Assembly (NCBI GenBank): GCA_977017575.1
Contig: CDRNVI010000004.1
Span: 1-64,000, forward strand
Length of the DNA: 64,000 nucleotides
Direction of reading: 5' to 3'
Source: Paramoeba atlantica
Taxonomy: Eukaryota > Protista > Discosea
Shown: in pieces, positions 52,201 to 60,992 of the stretch
Position numbering within the stretch: the first letter of the stretch is position 1
How the letters are laid out: every line of letters begins with the position of its first letter
Program-made: the position numbers and the translations under genes
Notes under the pieces: model-generated
Seen by the model: the letters and a program-made list of their open reading frames with translations, nothing else
What the model was told of the DNA's origin: nothing
Databases searched by the model: none

Positions 52201-52875
52201 TATTCGCTCTGCGCCGTACGGCACTTTGCGTTGAAAGGAGGTTTGCAACGAGGGAAGTGTCGAGTACTGGAAACGACCCAGCATCGTTGTGCTGGACGGA
52301 GGACCCATATACTGCCTTGGAATTCCTATTTGATGCACAGGTAGTTCCCCTTCAAAGCGAGGCGGGCTTTCCTCCGGAGAAGATGCACCTGGTCGTTCAG
52401 GCATTGGATACGGCTGTGATGCATTCCTACGACCGGATTTGGGGGCCGGAATATATGGTCGACCGGATCGAGCAATCTTGCGTCGATCTTGAACAGGGTG
52501 TGGAACAGGGCTATCAATCGACAAGCGACGCCTTTGTTGCGGATCTTTCGGAAGCATCGTCACAGGCGCAGGGATTAACTCCTCAGAAGGCGAATGTAAA
52601 TGTGCTTCAACAGACGAATCAGCGACACCATGCGGGGTCGTGGCGGGTTCCGTAACCTGCGAATGCTCCTTGGTATCTGGATGTTGAACATCCGACTGAG
52701 GACTCTTCGAACTACCTTCCTTTTCAATAAAGGGGAGAGAAGCATTTCCGAGTCTTGCGGCGTCTTGTTGTTTGGGAAGTCCGGCGCTCTCCTTCGATGT
52801 GTTTTTAGTAGTGTCATGTAAATCGCTTCCAAGGAGATTCGACAGCAACAGCAATATTATCAGACTTCTCCTCAT
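49228..52875 (-). CDS. Signal-peptide PI4K type II-like pseudokinase, paralogue 3 (long disordered linker)
   Basis: ATG 52875: MRRSLIILLLLSNLLGS; GIAYII, IATFKPVNLE, GQGVHREIAAHRL, GYLQE, FNLLTMNSYT, TNNAYILPDT, GLTPIQA. Confidence 0.78.
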   Translation of the reverse strand: MRRSLIILLLLSNLLGSDLHDTTKNTSKESAGLPKQQDAARLGNASLPFIEKEGSSKSPQSDVQHPDTKEHSQVTEPATTPHGVADSSVEAHLHSPSEELIPAPVTMLPKDPQQRRRLSIDSPVPHPVQDRRKIARSGRPYIPAPKSGRRNASQPYPMPERPGASSPEESPPRFEGELPVHQIGIPRQYMGPPSSTTMLGRFQYSTLPSLQTSFQRKVPYGAERILRESAESNPSRDARLRRMSVSRAQEQQNLDDTNRSSVGRQTPVTPTTEKTQAQPVFKEPQRVRSFELRETLAPRRKSQEKVLSAIGKFGSRRSSKPLNVEGSSDNASLPSQTSVEETFQGRRIPPPRPTSAPITEQVPLRSKPLTSVFSQSTSELSSPTHPSQGSTRKKSPREKHGIFSINRYFKPQATPPRIGRKEGTLPAQKAAKPPVDPTKITGKETPRRRRSIEPPHAQKPVPPIQRSQSVALGATLSSSEPQQHRGWWKQELQNKLENEERELKTRSTPRASPRQSPRLQRTPESSASRSLPPMTPPMPSPSQTPKRRESLGPVALLTMGGLTKDKRFTAPLSRRSKYSSLSDVHQYVQKKEAGDLSPMSSLPNVAERMRERWGSELRRPRSMAPEKINRLHSSLSRSSSSSDLMRLTRPSTRPRRTENRIEEESENEEEALEDLDMGVSSPHQPRSRELASSSKLSDTDSSPSLTPVFEEKESEETPDLDPREALQYALSIVRTTVEGEIPVRLPEEKVTIQPRQDFVRELLLVDGLADDTLSARQAILGQHVRHILTPQRYFLSVCKNYLPGIAYIIHELPPLEGYYGTPIATFKPVNLEMGTTMFRKYHSGYKFAFHRAFPKGQGVHREIAAHRLNPIVNAMTAVRVGFRIPTGLPLRIGGLGGGYLQERVLPVTVPDFHHPMSLDYMVDCQMNHIFNLLTMNSYTQGTIYGHIRELLTAGVIAQEQTHAAQTFFRPGLYSTNNAYILPDTEKMLSITDLSLRLTRTPYLDIPFLPPVDAFLRALKMDQFQELLENLKFSPTIQTNVQIAIRVIQACALRGLTPIQAMRFLYTQRPVNFFAILYIRLPRENGAFSEEQWQHFERILDHSLNEIFVPNAYHCDTIAQPDYSKSPRGLEVCPSRLRTGPDGQLIDRSAVSWGRALTHYEGDEKVIPSAYTKMAFEHTVSGSKISWWRRWLYNIKQFLRPYVWNFRRLMREEYRW

Positions 52876-53078
52876 GTTCACGTTTCGGCCGTCGAGTAGT
52901 TCGCCGTGACTAACTATTGATGCATTTTATAGTCAGAAGTACAAGCGTGAAAGCATAACCGATTATTAGCCCAATGATTTTTAATATTACGTTCCTGAAC
53001 ACCGTAAATCAGGTGCTAATATTTATAGTTTTCTGATCACCCCTATGTAAGATACCATGTATTATACGCACTCCACCT

Positions 53079-53849
53079 TCAATGAATCATACACAACCCC
53101 GTCCCCCCGATTCCCTCCTTCATTGCCTGGAACTGGTCTAGAATCCTCCCATCCCAGGCGCGCACGCACACAATGCGTATCGCCCCCGCGGCGGTCGAGG
53201 ACGCCAGCCTCCGTACCATCATCGGGGACCACTCCGTCTCATTGGTCTCCTCATTGCATCGCACCGCAGTAAAGAACTGCAAAACCCCAGCGCCCTGGTA
53301 GTACTTCAGCTCAACCGCGAACGCCCGGCGGTTGTTAAAATCCCGCATCCCGGCGATGATCCCATGGTAGTGCATAATCCGAGCCACCCCACGAGTCTCC
53401 ACAGTACTCGGGACCACCACAAAGCGTTTCATCCGCTCCGTAGCCTCCATCAGTCGAGCGCCCATGTCATACACCGGTAGCCGCGGTCGTGTACGCAGTG
53501 TGGGCCGGTCCCCATCCATACTCGTGTGATCCTGGACTCTAGAAAACGAATTCCCGTTCTCCTCCTCAAACGAGGTCTGGTAGAGCGCCTGGTGTCCTTT
53601 AACTTGAAAGAACAGCCGGGTTAACGGGTCCGCGGGGAGCTCACTGGAGAACCGCACCCCAGGGAGCCCGGAGCAGTGCCGGGAGAGCTCCGCGGGGTCG
53701 TCCAGGAACATGGTGAGGGAACGCTTGATGGCGTCCACACGAGCCCCGTGGCGTTGCTTGTGGGTGTTCTCCGCGGCAAGGGTGGTGGGGTTCACCGGGC
53801 GCGTTCCCATGTTGAATACACGGGCGTGGAGGGGGAGGGAGGGGCGCAT
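53079..53849 (-). CDS. MRPS8: Mitochondrial ribosomal protein uS8m with N-terminal extension
   Basis: C-terminal S8 domain: VYDMGARL...VPST...HGIIAG...VELKYYQG...DG...AMKEGIGGTGLCMIH. ATG 53849 gives a presequence-like MRPSLPLHARVF. Confidence 0.85.
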   Translation of the reverse strand: MRPSLPLHARVFNMGTRPVNPTTLAAENTHKQRHGARVDAIKRSLTMFLDDPAELSRHCSGLPGVRFSSELPADPLTRLFFQVKGHQALYQTSFEEENGNSFSRVQDHTSMDGDRPTLRTRPRLPVYDMGARLMEATERMKRFVVVPSTVETRGVARIMHYHGIIAGMRDFNNRRAFAVELKYYQGAGVLQFFTAVRCNEETNETEWSPMMVRRLASSTAAGAIRIVCVRAWDGRILDQFQAMKEGIGGTGLCMIH

Positions 53850-54180
53850 GGGGGAGGGGGGAAGAGCAAGATAGGATAACGAAGGACTTTTTTTTTGAGG
53901 AGGGAGGAGTATGTAAGTAAGGGGGGTCAACTGGCTACCAGTTTATTGCACGGGATAAAATAAAAATTTTAAAAAAAACGAGGGGCTGCGGGTGTGCATC
54001 ACCGAACCCGCACCGAACCCGCGTTTCGCATTTGGGGCCAAAATGAACTATTCTAGTCCGAAAAAGTACGTTTAGCGTGCAAAGAGTAGCTTGAAATGCG
54101 GTCTTTTTGCGCTTTACATGGGCCCAATTGTTCTTCTAAATCACTCTTGACGTTTTTTCCGACACTGTTCTTTTTTAGTG

Positions 54181-54236
54181 CCCCCCCTGATTTAGTGTTG
54201 AGTGAAATTCGAAAAAATTCACACTAAATAGGGGGG
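54181..54236. other. Imperfect hairpin (ccccc..atttagtgt / acactaaataggggg)
   Basis: Seen directly; ctaaatagggggg also occurs in the foldback core hairpin (~19508). Confidence 0.6.
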
Positions 54237-55077
54237 TAAGAAATCTCCTCCCTTAAAAAAGGCGCGCCACAAGATAATGGAATCTTTTTTCTTTTAAGTT
54301 TTTGTGGTATCATATTCATGCAAAATAAGAAATCATCTTCGGAATAACTAGGCTCTACAACTACTAGACTCTGCGCTACGCCTGAAGATGGTTACATTCA
54401 AGGAAAATTGCATACTTTTCCCTTTTCTCCAAATTTACATAACTTATCACCTCGTACTTATCAATCGCTTCTTGAGCATCGAATTGCCTCATTCAATTAT
54501 TTTTGTGTGCACACCTTCTGGTGTTACCCATTCATTCCGATGGAATACGTGGATCCAGCGGTACTTGCCTGAGAAACCTGTCTGGTTGTGGCGTGCTCCA
54601 TCGGTCGAGATGCGACAACGGAGTGCACGAGCCTTTTCTTCAACGAGTGGTATCAACGTTTCCGCTCTCCTATCGGGTACGGAAGTCCGCCAAATTTTGT
54701 ATGAGATCTTAATCACACAAGAGCACTTGTATCATTCCAAGCACCCACGTCCGTTAAAGCCAACTGCTCTGCGCATCTCGTGTCGGGGCATCCAGAGCAG
54801 ACCATTGAGATACAAGAATAGCGAGAAAAAAATGTTCTTAGTGAATAGCAATAAGTAAAGTTTATATCACTTCGTAAGATGCTTTTCTGCACAATTTTTG
54901 TTCAGAATAAACAGATATTACTTATTTTTTAAAAAGTGTACAATCTTCCTTGAATTCCACCATAAAATTCAAGGGAGGATCGTGGACAGATGAGAAAATG
55001 CATCGTTCGCAAGCGCCTTGTCAAGTTTTGCCGGGTTTTGCTTGGTTTGTCAGGACACCTATTTTTTTTGGGGGGGG

Positions 55078-55240
55078 GGTCATTTTGGGGAGGCGTGCCA
55101 CGGCTTCAAGAAGAGGTATTTTGTGAAAACAACGGCGTAGAAAGCAGGTAGAGGTCTCAAACTCTCAAAACACAATATGTGAAACGTTTTTGAAAAACTC
55201 TTTTTTATGCCATGTTTTTTGCGAAGTTGATTTGTTTTTG
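55078..55240. mobile_element. Internal fragment of the P-unit family
   Basis: ggtcattttg.gg.ggcg..ccacgg...gaaaacaacggcgtagaaagc...ggtc.caaact.tcaaaa.acaat, as at 20285-20375. Confidence 0.8.
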
Positions 55241-55269
55241 AATTTTCAAAAACTTCTCTCGAATGGCTA

Positions 55270-56128
55270 CGCAAGAGTAGTGTCGAGAAGAATACCATCA
55301 AATACGCCCCGGACCGTCTTCCTCCTCCTGATCTTACCCAGCGAATGGAGGATAACATCATTGAGATGTGCGCACAGTCGATAACGACGCGCATTCGCCA
55401 ACTCTCTGATCCGGAGAGTAATGTTCTCATGTCCTTATGTAATGTCCCAATCGACATTGACATTTTGTTGCAGGGACTCCTCCTTTTGACGAAGGCGCGA
55501 TAAGCAGGACTTCTTTGTTAAAGACGCCGAAAAGTCGGAAATACATGGCGTAAAGGGAGCCGAAATACCCGGACACTGGCGCTGGAATCCGACAAAACAG
55601 GCTGGAACTTAGATGTCAGTGAGGTTCCATTTGATGCCATCACAATTTTTCGAATCAACGTATGATGTAATTTTTAAAGAAGTGTTATGGTGGGGTATAT
55701 GAAGATAGCAAGCGGGATCGGGAGGTTGTAATTCAATGGTTCAAAACAAGGTGGCGTAGTCCACGAGGTGGTACTACTGAGTACGGCAGAGTGCACCTCG
55801 ATAACAGTAAAAATCTTAAGGAGAAGGTGCAAGAAACACTGCATTGATTTTGTTAAATACGACTTTGGACTGCTTTGGAAAGCAGAATGCATCTGTGGAA
55901 ATTTTGCGAGCGAGAATTCTATCGCGACACGATGGTTATGTTATGTTAGATGCTGAGTCGAAGTATGCAAACAAGTGGAAATCTAGGAAGATTGCTCGTG
56001 TACATTTCTTAAAGATGATACTTAGTATTACTGGAGACCTAATAATACTGGAGACAAAGAAGCAACAAAAGATTACCGCGACAGTACATACACATGAAAC
56101 GAGAACTTCACACTGCTGGGGTCAGTAA
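55270..56128 (+). pseudogene. Possible decayed + strand coding remnant
   Basis: Protein-like stretches broken by stops (NTIKYAPDRLPPPDLTQRMEDNIIEMC...; ALILLNTTLDCFGKQNASVEILRARIL...); no family recognised. Confidence 0.25.
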
Positions 56129-56743
56129 TGCAGGAAAGTGTCCAGCACATGCCAAGAAATCGGATGTAACATACAAAGCTAGTGAAAAGTGAAACTCAGG
56201 AAAAACAAAATGCTGAAACTCCTACACGATGAAGAACAAACTTTCAAGAGAAAGTTTCGCAAAGCATGAACAAGAAAATGTTTAAGCAGAACGAATAATG
56301 TTATCAGAATAATGTCAGTAACGACGGGGGCCAACTATCCTTCACTATTTTTGGCCAAGTACTTTTTTTCACTACGTAAGAGTGGGCTTTGTGGGCTTTG
56401 CCCGGTTTTGCCTTTCATAGGGTTCAGCCCTCTAAATTAAGTGAATTTTTTCATCTGAGCTGGTCTAAAATTTGTAAATGGAAGAGGGGAAGAGGAAAGA
56501 GTCGTATGTAGCGGATGATGCAACGTTGTTAAGGAGAAATAAGGAGAGGGTGGATGTGCTTACCCGTTTATTACAGGGGATAAACGGTGTGGAAATAAAG
56601 AGTAGTATAAGAAGGACGATAAATTTCGCTCTTGGATTCAAGTTTTGAGCATGTGTGAAATGTAGTCTTACTTCCAAAAAAAATTAATGTCCTGGAATCT
56701 GTAACATGGGGAGGGTTTGTTGTGACTAATACTCATTTAGACA

Positions 56744-57556
56744 TCAAAGACAAGATGACTTTTGAGTGAGTAGACGCTCTCGTGTGCTAATCTCTTGTTT
56801 CTCAATGGCAAAAAATTCAGCAAGTTCTTCAGAAGTTAAAGTGCGCTTCTGCAAACGTTCTGAGTTACTTTCAGCGCATTGTTGCGTGTCTCCACGTTTT
56901 CGATACCTCTCGAGGCAGATCCTTTTGTATCCAAAAAGATCATCAATAGCTTTGAAGTTTTCTGAAACGTATGAAATGTCATCGTTCAGCAAATTTGTAT
57001 CCATGTGGGGTTCAGCGTTTCCTTCGTCTTTTCTGCGCTTTCTTTGATGTGGGCTTTTGCATTTCTCCCTACTAACTATAATTCTTTCTTTGAGAAGGCT
57101 TAATCCGGAATTGTCTTTTGAGTGGCAACATTTCGTTGCTATGATACGTCGCTCAGTCGCAAGTTGACAACGGGTTCTACAGTTGTGATGTACTAAGACA
57201 GGAATTTTTGTGGTTTTATTGATCGTAGAGCTCATTTGAGAAGACCTCTCTTTTGCAGCGCCATTTTCCCACTCATTTATCTGCTCTATGTGACTTACAC
57301 CAAATTTCTGGAAAACGTACAAAGAGCAACTCGAGCGGTCGGTATTGTACTGAACAATCTTCGAGAAATCAATGTGAAGGTCGGAAAGAGTGACCAATGA
57401 TGTTTGTCGACTGAGAAATCGAGCCCATACAGGAAGGTGGTCGCTTTCGTGATGCGGAAAAAGACCAAGCTGTACCATCATCTTCCAGTTTCCGCAGCCG
57501 AATACTTGCACAGCTGTTTCGAAACTCTTCCGCAGAAAGGAATCTGAGAGGTCCAT
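56744..57556 (-). CDS. SANT/Myb-like domain protein
   Basis: AVQVFGCGNWKMMVQLGLFP...LSRQTSL..L.DLHIDFSKI..YN, like the FGxGNW...GQQS...GLHID family recalled from protists and fungi. Confidence 0.6.
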   Translation of the reverse strand: MDLSDSFLRKSFETAVQVFGCGNWKMMVQLGLFPHHESDHLPVWARFLSRQTSLVTLSDLHIDFSKIVQYNTDRSSCSLYVFQKFGVSHIEQINEWENGAAKERSSQMSSTINKTTKIPVLVHHNCRTRCQLATERRIIATKCCHSKDNSGLSLLKERIIVSREKCKSPHQRKRRKDEGNAEPHMDTNLLNDDISYVSENFKAIDDLFGYKRICLERYRKRGDTQQCAESNSERLQKRTLTSEELAEFFAIEKQEISTRERLLTQKSSCL

Positions 57557-57924
57557 TGCACCTAACGAAGTTGCACTAAAATATGCTAGTAATTAAAACA
57601 TAATGATAATTCATGAATCATACAGTTGTTCAGTTATGGTAATTCATTTCCAATGCAATGGTAACAAATTTGTTACCATTTGTTGTTCTATTCTGTCTGC
57701 ATACTTTTAGAATATGCTAGAAGTTAGCTTTGTAAAAATAATGCTATAGGTTTTGTAACAATGCCACATAGTGCACCATGAAAGATGACAATATTTGTAT
57801 TTGTTGAGTCTATAAAAAGATACTGAAATAGGCACTGATGACATTGAGTACCCTATGAAAGAGGCCACTCGGCTAAACTACTGTGTCCCCCTCGAGTTCG
57901 AGATGCCTGCACGACCTGATAAAA

Positions 57925-59952
57925 CTAAGTCAAAGGTAGGCACGCGTCCTTCAGCCATTGTAGTTCATCATTCAATTTTTTCTCCTGCAGTTTCTCTCCA
58001 ATCTTCTGTAATACCGTTTCGTGGTAGCTATCCACCCACGTTCTTTCCTCCTCAGTCAGCATCTGAGTTGCAATCAGGCATCGGCATAGGGGCACCATTG
58101 TAAGCACTTCAAACCCAAGGTAGGCATCTCTCTTTACTCTGTCGGAGGATGTCGTAGCAGTTTCGCAACTGCTATGGCCATACTTCGTGTCCCTCGCCAC
58201 TACGGCCATTAAATTTTCGATTCTAATGCCAAACTGTCCTGGAAGGTAGCACCCAGGTTCATTGGAGAGCACATTACCCGCTCGCATAACCACATTGGGA
58301 CGCGCCCCAGGTTTTGCGGCGATACTCATGGGCCCTTCATGGACGTTGAGATAATGCCCGACGCCGTGGCCGGTGCCGTGGGCATAGTTATATCCCTGCC
58401 TCCAAAGAAATTGGCGTGCCAGGACATCTAAGGCATGACCTGACGTTGTCTCGGATGGAAATATAGCTAACTGTAAGGCAATATTACCTTTCAAGACCAA
58501 CGTGTAGGCCTCTTTTTCCTGTTCCGTTGGGTTCCCCAAGTGGACCGTACGTGTTACATCGGTTGTTCCATTCAAGTACTGTCCCCCACTGTCAACAAGG
58601 TAAATAGCTTGATTGGTGATGCAAGCGATAGGTGGGTTCTCGGTAACTTTATCACCACTTCTCAAAGATTGTGTCACAGTCATGACTTCCGGTGGGGAGT
58701 AGTGAATCACAGCCGAGTTTTCTCCTGCCGCAGAGATTGTGGGGAAAGACAGTCCCAAATAGTGTTTTCCCAAACTCCGAAAGTGGCGTAGTTGTTCCGC
58801 CCCTGCAAACTCGGTGAGAGGACTTATCTCTTTTGTCATGTTTTCAGGAATAAAACGTTTTTCCAGCCAGTAAAGGTAACGCGTCACAGCTACTCCGTCC
58901 TCTATGTGACTAGCACGAAACCCTTCAACTTCTGATTCATTCTTTACACTTTTGGCCATCATGGCTATAGAAGGCACTTCAAGTGTATCCACTGCCCTCG
59001 AAAAATTGTCAATTATATGACTCAGGAAGTAACTAGTTTGCAGAGGGTCATACGCTACGCGAACCTTACAACTCTCTCCAGTGAGATCCCGGAGTTCAGA
59101 TTCTAGCCAATTTGCAATATGATCGTACGCATGAGTGTGAATCTCAAAGGCCGCTTGGTCGTTTCCAGACCCTTGTAAAGATGCATGTATGTCGGGAGAA
59201 AGTTTTGCTTTGTCTAGAAACAGGTGGAGCTCTCCGCCGGGCTTGTCACGATATATTCTTATTACCGCATAGGAAAAGAACACAGAGTTATACGGAATAT
59301 CGTTGCCGCGTAGGTTGGTGATCCACGCGATGTCGTCTAATGCACTTAGCACGAAATAGTTAACATCTAATTTTAGCATCTCTGCATGCATATCTTTCAG
59401 CTTTGCTTGCATAGATTTACCTGTGAATACATCAGAAAGTATATGAATTTGGTTCCAGACATCCAGTGAGTTTTCAAAAATCACAGAATCTTCAGATTTC
59501 CTAACTACGTCAACCAAATTGTCAGTCACCGGAACAAGCTGTATCTGCTTCTTTTTATATTCTTCCCATGCCTTGGCTGTAAACAACCTGGGGTCCGCAC
59601 CAATACGTTTCTCAACAAAGGATGAAGGTGAATCTCCTTTTGTGATATCTTTGTGGAGATAATCAACGATACTTGGTGTGTTCGGCAAACCTTGTCTCAT
59701 AAGAACCCAGGGTTTACTTAGTTCCTGTTCAGCTTGCACATAGTACCTCCCGTCGGTCCACAAAAAGGCAGAGGACGGTGTCACTACAGCGGTTCCCGCA
59801 CTTCCTGTGAATCCGGTAAGGTATTCTCTGCGCGCGTCACATGCAGCGACGTACTCAGAATTATGGGCGTCGCTTGTGGGGATGATGTACGCGTATAGAT
59901 TCCTCTCGCGAAGTACTCGCCGTAAGCGCTCTAATCGATGAAATAAACACAT
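57925..59952 (-). CDS. XPNPEP1: Xaa-Pro aminopeptidase (aminopeptidase P1, M24B)
   Basis: PTSDAHNSEY, TGFTGSAG, LWTDGRYY, LVDSGGQYLNGTTDVTRT, HGTGHGVG..LNVHEGP, SNEPG, GIRIEN. ATG 59952 preferred. Confidence 0.95.
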   Translation of the reverse strand: MCLFHRLERLRRVLRERNLYAYIIPTSDAHNSEYVAACDARREYLTGFTGSAGTAVVTPSSAFLWTDGRYYVQAEQELSKPWVLMRQGLPNTPSIVDYLHKDITKGDSPSSFVEKRIGADPRLFTAKAWEEYKKKQIQLVPVTDNLVDVVRKSEDSVIFENSLDVWNQIHILSDVFTGKSMQAKLKDMHAEMLKLDVNYFVLSALDDIAWITNLRGNDIPYNSVFFSYAVIRIYRDKPGGELHLFLDKAKLSPDIHASLQGSGNDQAAFEIHTHAYDHIANWLESELRDLTGESCKVRVAYDPLQTSYFLSHIIDNFSRAVDTLEVPSIAMMAKSVKNESEVEGFRASHIEDGVAVTRYLYWLEKRFIPENMTKEISPLTEFAGAEQLRHFRSLGKHYLGLSFPTISAAGENSAVIHYSPPEVMTVTQSLRSGDKVTENPPIACITNQAIYLVDSGGQYLNGTTDVTRTVHLGNPTEQEKEAYTLVLKGNIALQLAIFPSETTSGHALDVLARQFLWRQGYNYAHGTGHGVGHYLNVHEGPMSIAAKPGARPNVVMRAGNVLSNEPGCYLPGQFGIRIENLMAVVARDTKYGHSSCETATTSSDRVKRDAYLGFEVLTMVPLCRCLIATQMLTEEERTWVDSYHETVLQKIGEKLQEKKLNDELQWLKDACLPLT

Positions 59953-60184
59953 TATTGTATATTTACTTTGTAAAACGAGATTAATTGAACGAAATCTGTA
60001 TTGTACGGAACACTTTACGAAACTTTTGGATCCCCCATAGGTTCTAGCGCCATCGCCTGTAAATAGATGTACATGTAGATACATGATACATGATGTGCAT
60101 GTAGATTATGCAACCATGGAGAGTGTGTCTTAATTATTAAAAGTTTAGACTTTCTCAACATGTCCTGTCTTTGTTTTGTCTACC

Positions 60185-60823
60185 TTAGAGGGGGTCTTCC
60201 ATATAGACACATTCAGGTGCGGTTTCTTGTAGCAGCTGTAACTGATTTCCATAGAGCTCTACCATTTTTAATTTCGGGGGAAGGCGCGATACATCCACAA
60301 CTCCAGAGAAATTGTTATGACACATACTTATCAATTCGATGCCTCGGGGTAACTCTGTCAGATCGACAGGCCCAGACAAGAGATTTCTTCCTACGGCAAA
60401 GAACCCTAATTTTGGTGGAAGGTGCGAAAAGTCAATGCTACCCACAAAACGAGACGTGGCAGCTATAAACTTTTCCAACGAGTTCGGCAAACTCGCGGTG
60501 TCGATCTGGCCCGTGAGTTGCGTAGGGTATGGGAAATTAAAACTCAGCTCCAGTACTGTCACAGTAGATGGCAAATCACTCCACGAAAGGCTTCCAGAAA
60601 GCCGAAGATTGCCCCAGTGCAGCTCTTTAACATTCCCTTCCATGTCGCAGTGTACGTGCCTCCAGTTGCACGCAGGCGTTGCTGTTGTCCAAGTATCTTT
60701 AAAATACGAACTCTCGTAAATGACCGACCTTCCTCCAGAAATGTTTCCCACAAAGCGTGACATTTTCACTTCCTGGGGGAGCACACTTCCTCTAACCTTA
60801 CCAGCGCGAACTTGTCCGTCCAT
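60185..60823 (-). CDS. Leucine-rich repeat protein (same family)
   Basis: CNWRHVHCD cap, LHWGNLRLSGSL, LPPKLGFFAVGRNLLSGPVDL. Confidence 0.9.
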   Translation of the reverse strand: MDGQVRAGKVRGSVLPQEVKMSRFVGNISGGRSVIYESSYFKDTWTTATPACNWRHVHCDMEGNVKELHWGNLRLSGSLSWSDLPSTVTVLELSFNFPYPTQLTGQIDTASLPNSLEKFIAATSRFVGSIDFSHLPPKLGFFAVGRNLLSGPVDLTELPRGIELISMCHNNFSGVVDVSRLPPKLKMVELYGNQLQLLQETAPECVYMEDPL

Positions 60824-60992
60824 GATAGAGTACTGTTAGAATAATTGGTTGCCTATTTTCGCATTAAGATACACTAATCACAAAGATACAGAGTATTTCT
60901 CGTGAATATATTGGGCCCCAGTAATATTATTGATATGATTCGTACCAGAAAACGTACATGTATGCCTCTAGGTAAGACCTTTCGCAGACATG

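Noticed and set aside
54388-54858. VCTPSGVTHSF as a pogo/DDE_1 transposase motif
   Set aside because: It lacks the diagnostic QPLD and neighbouring motifs; too weak to call.
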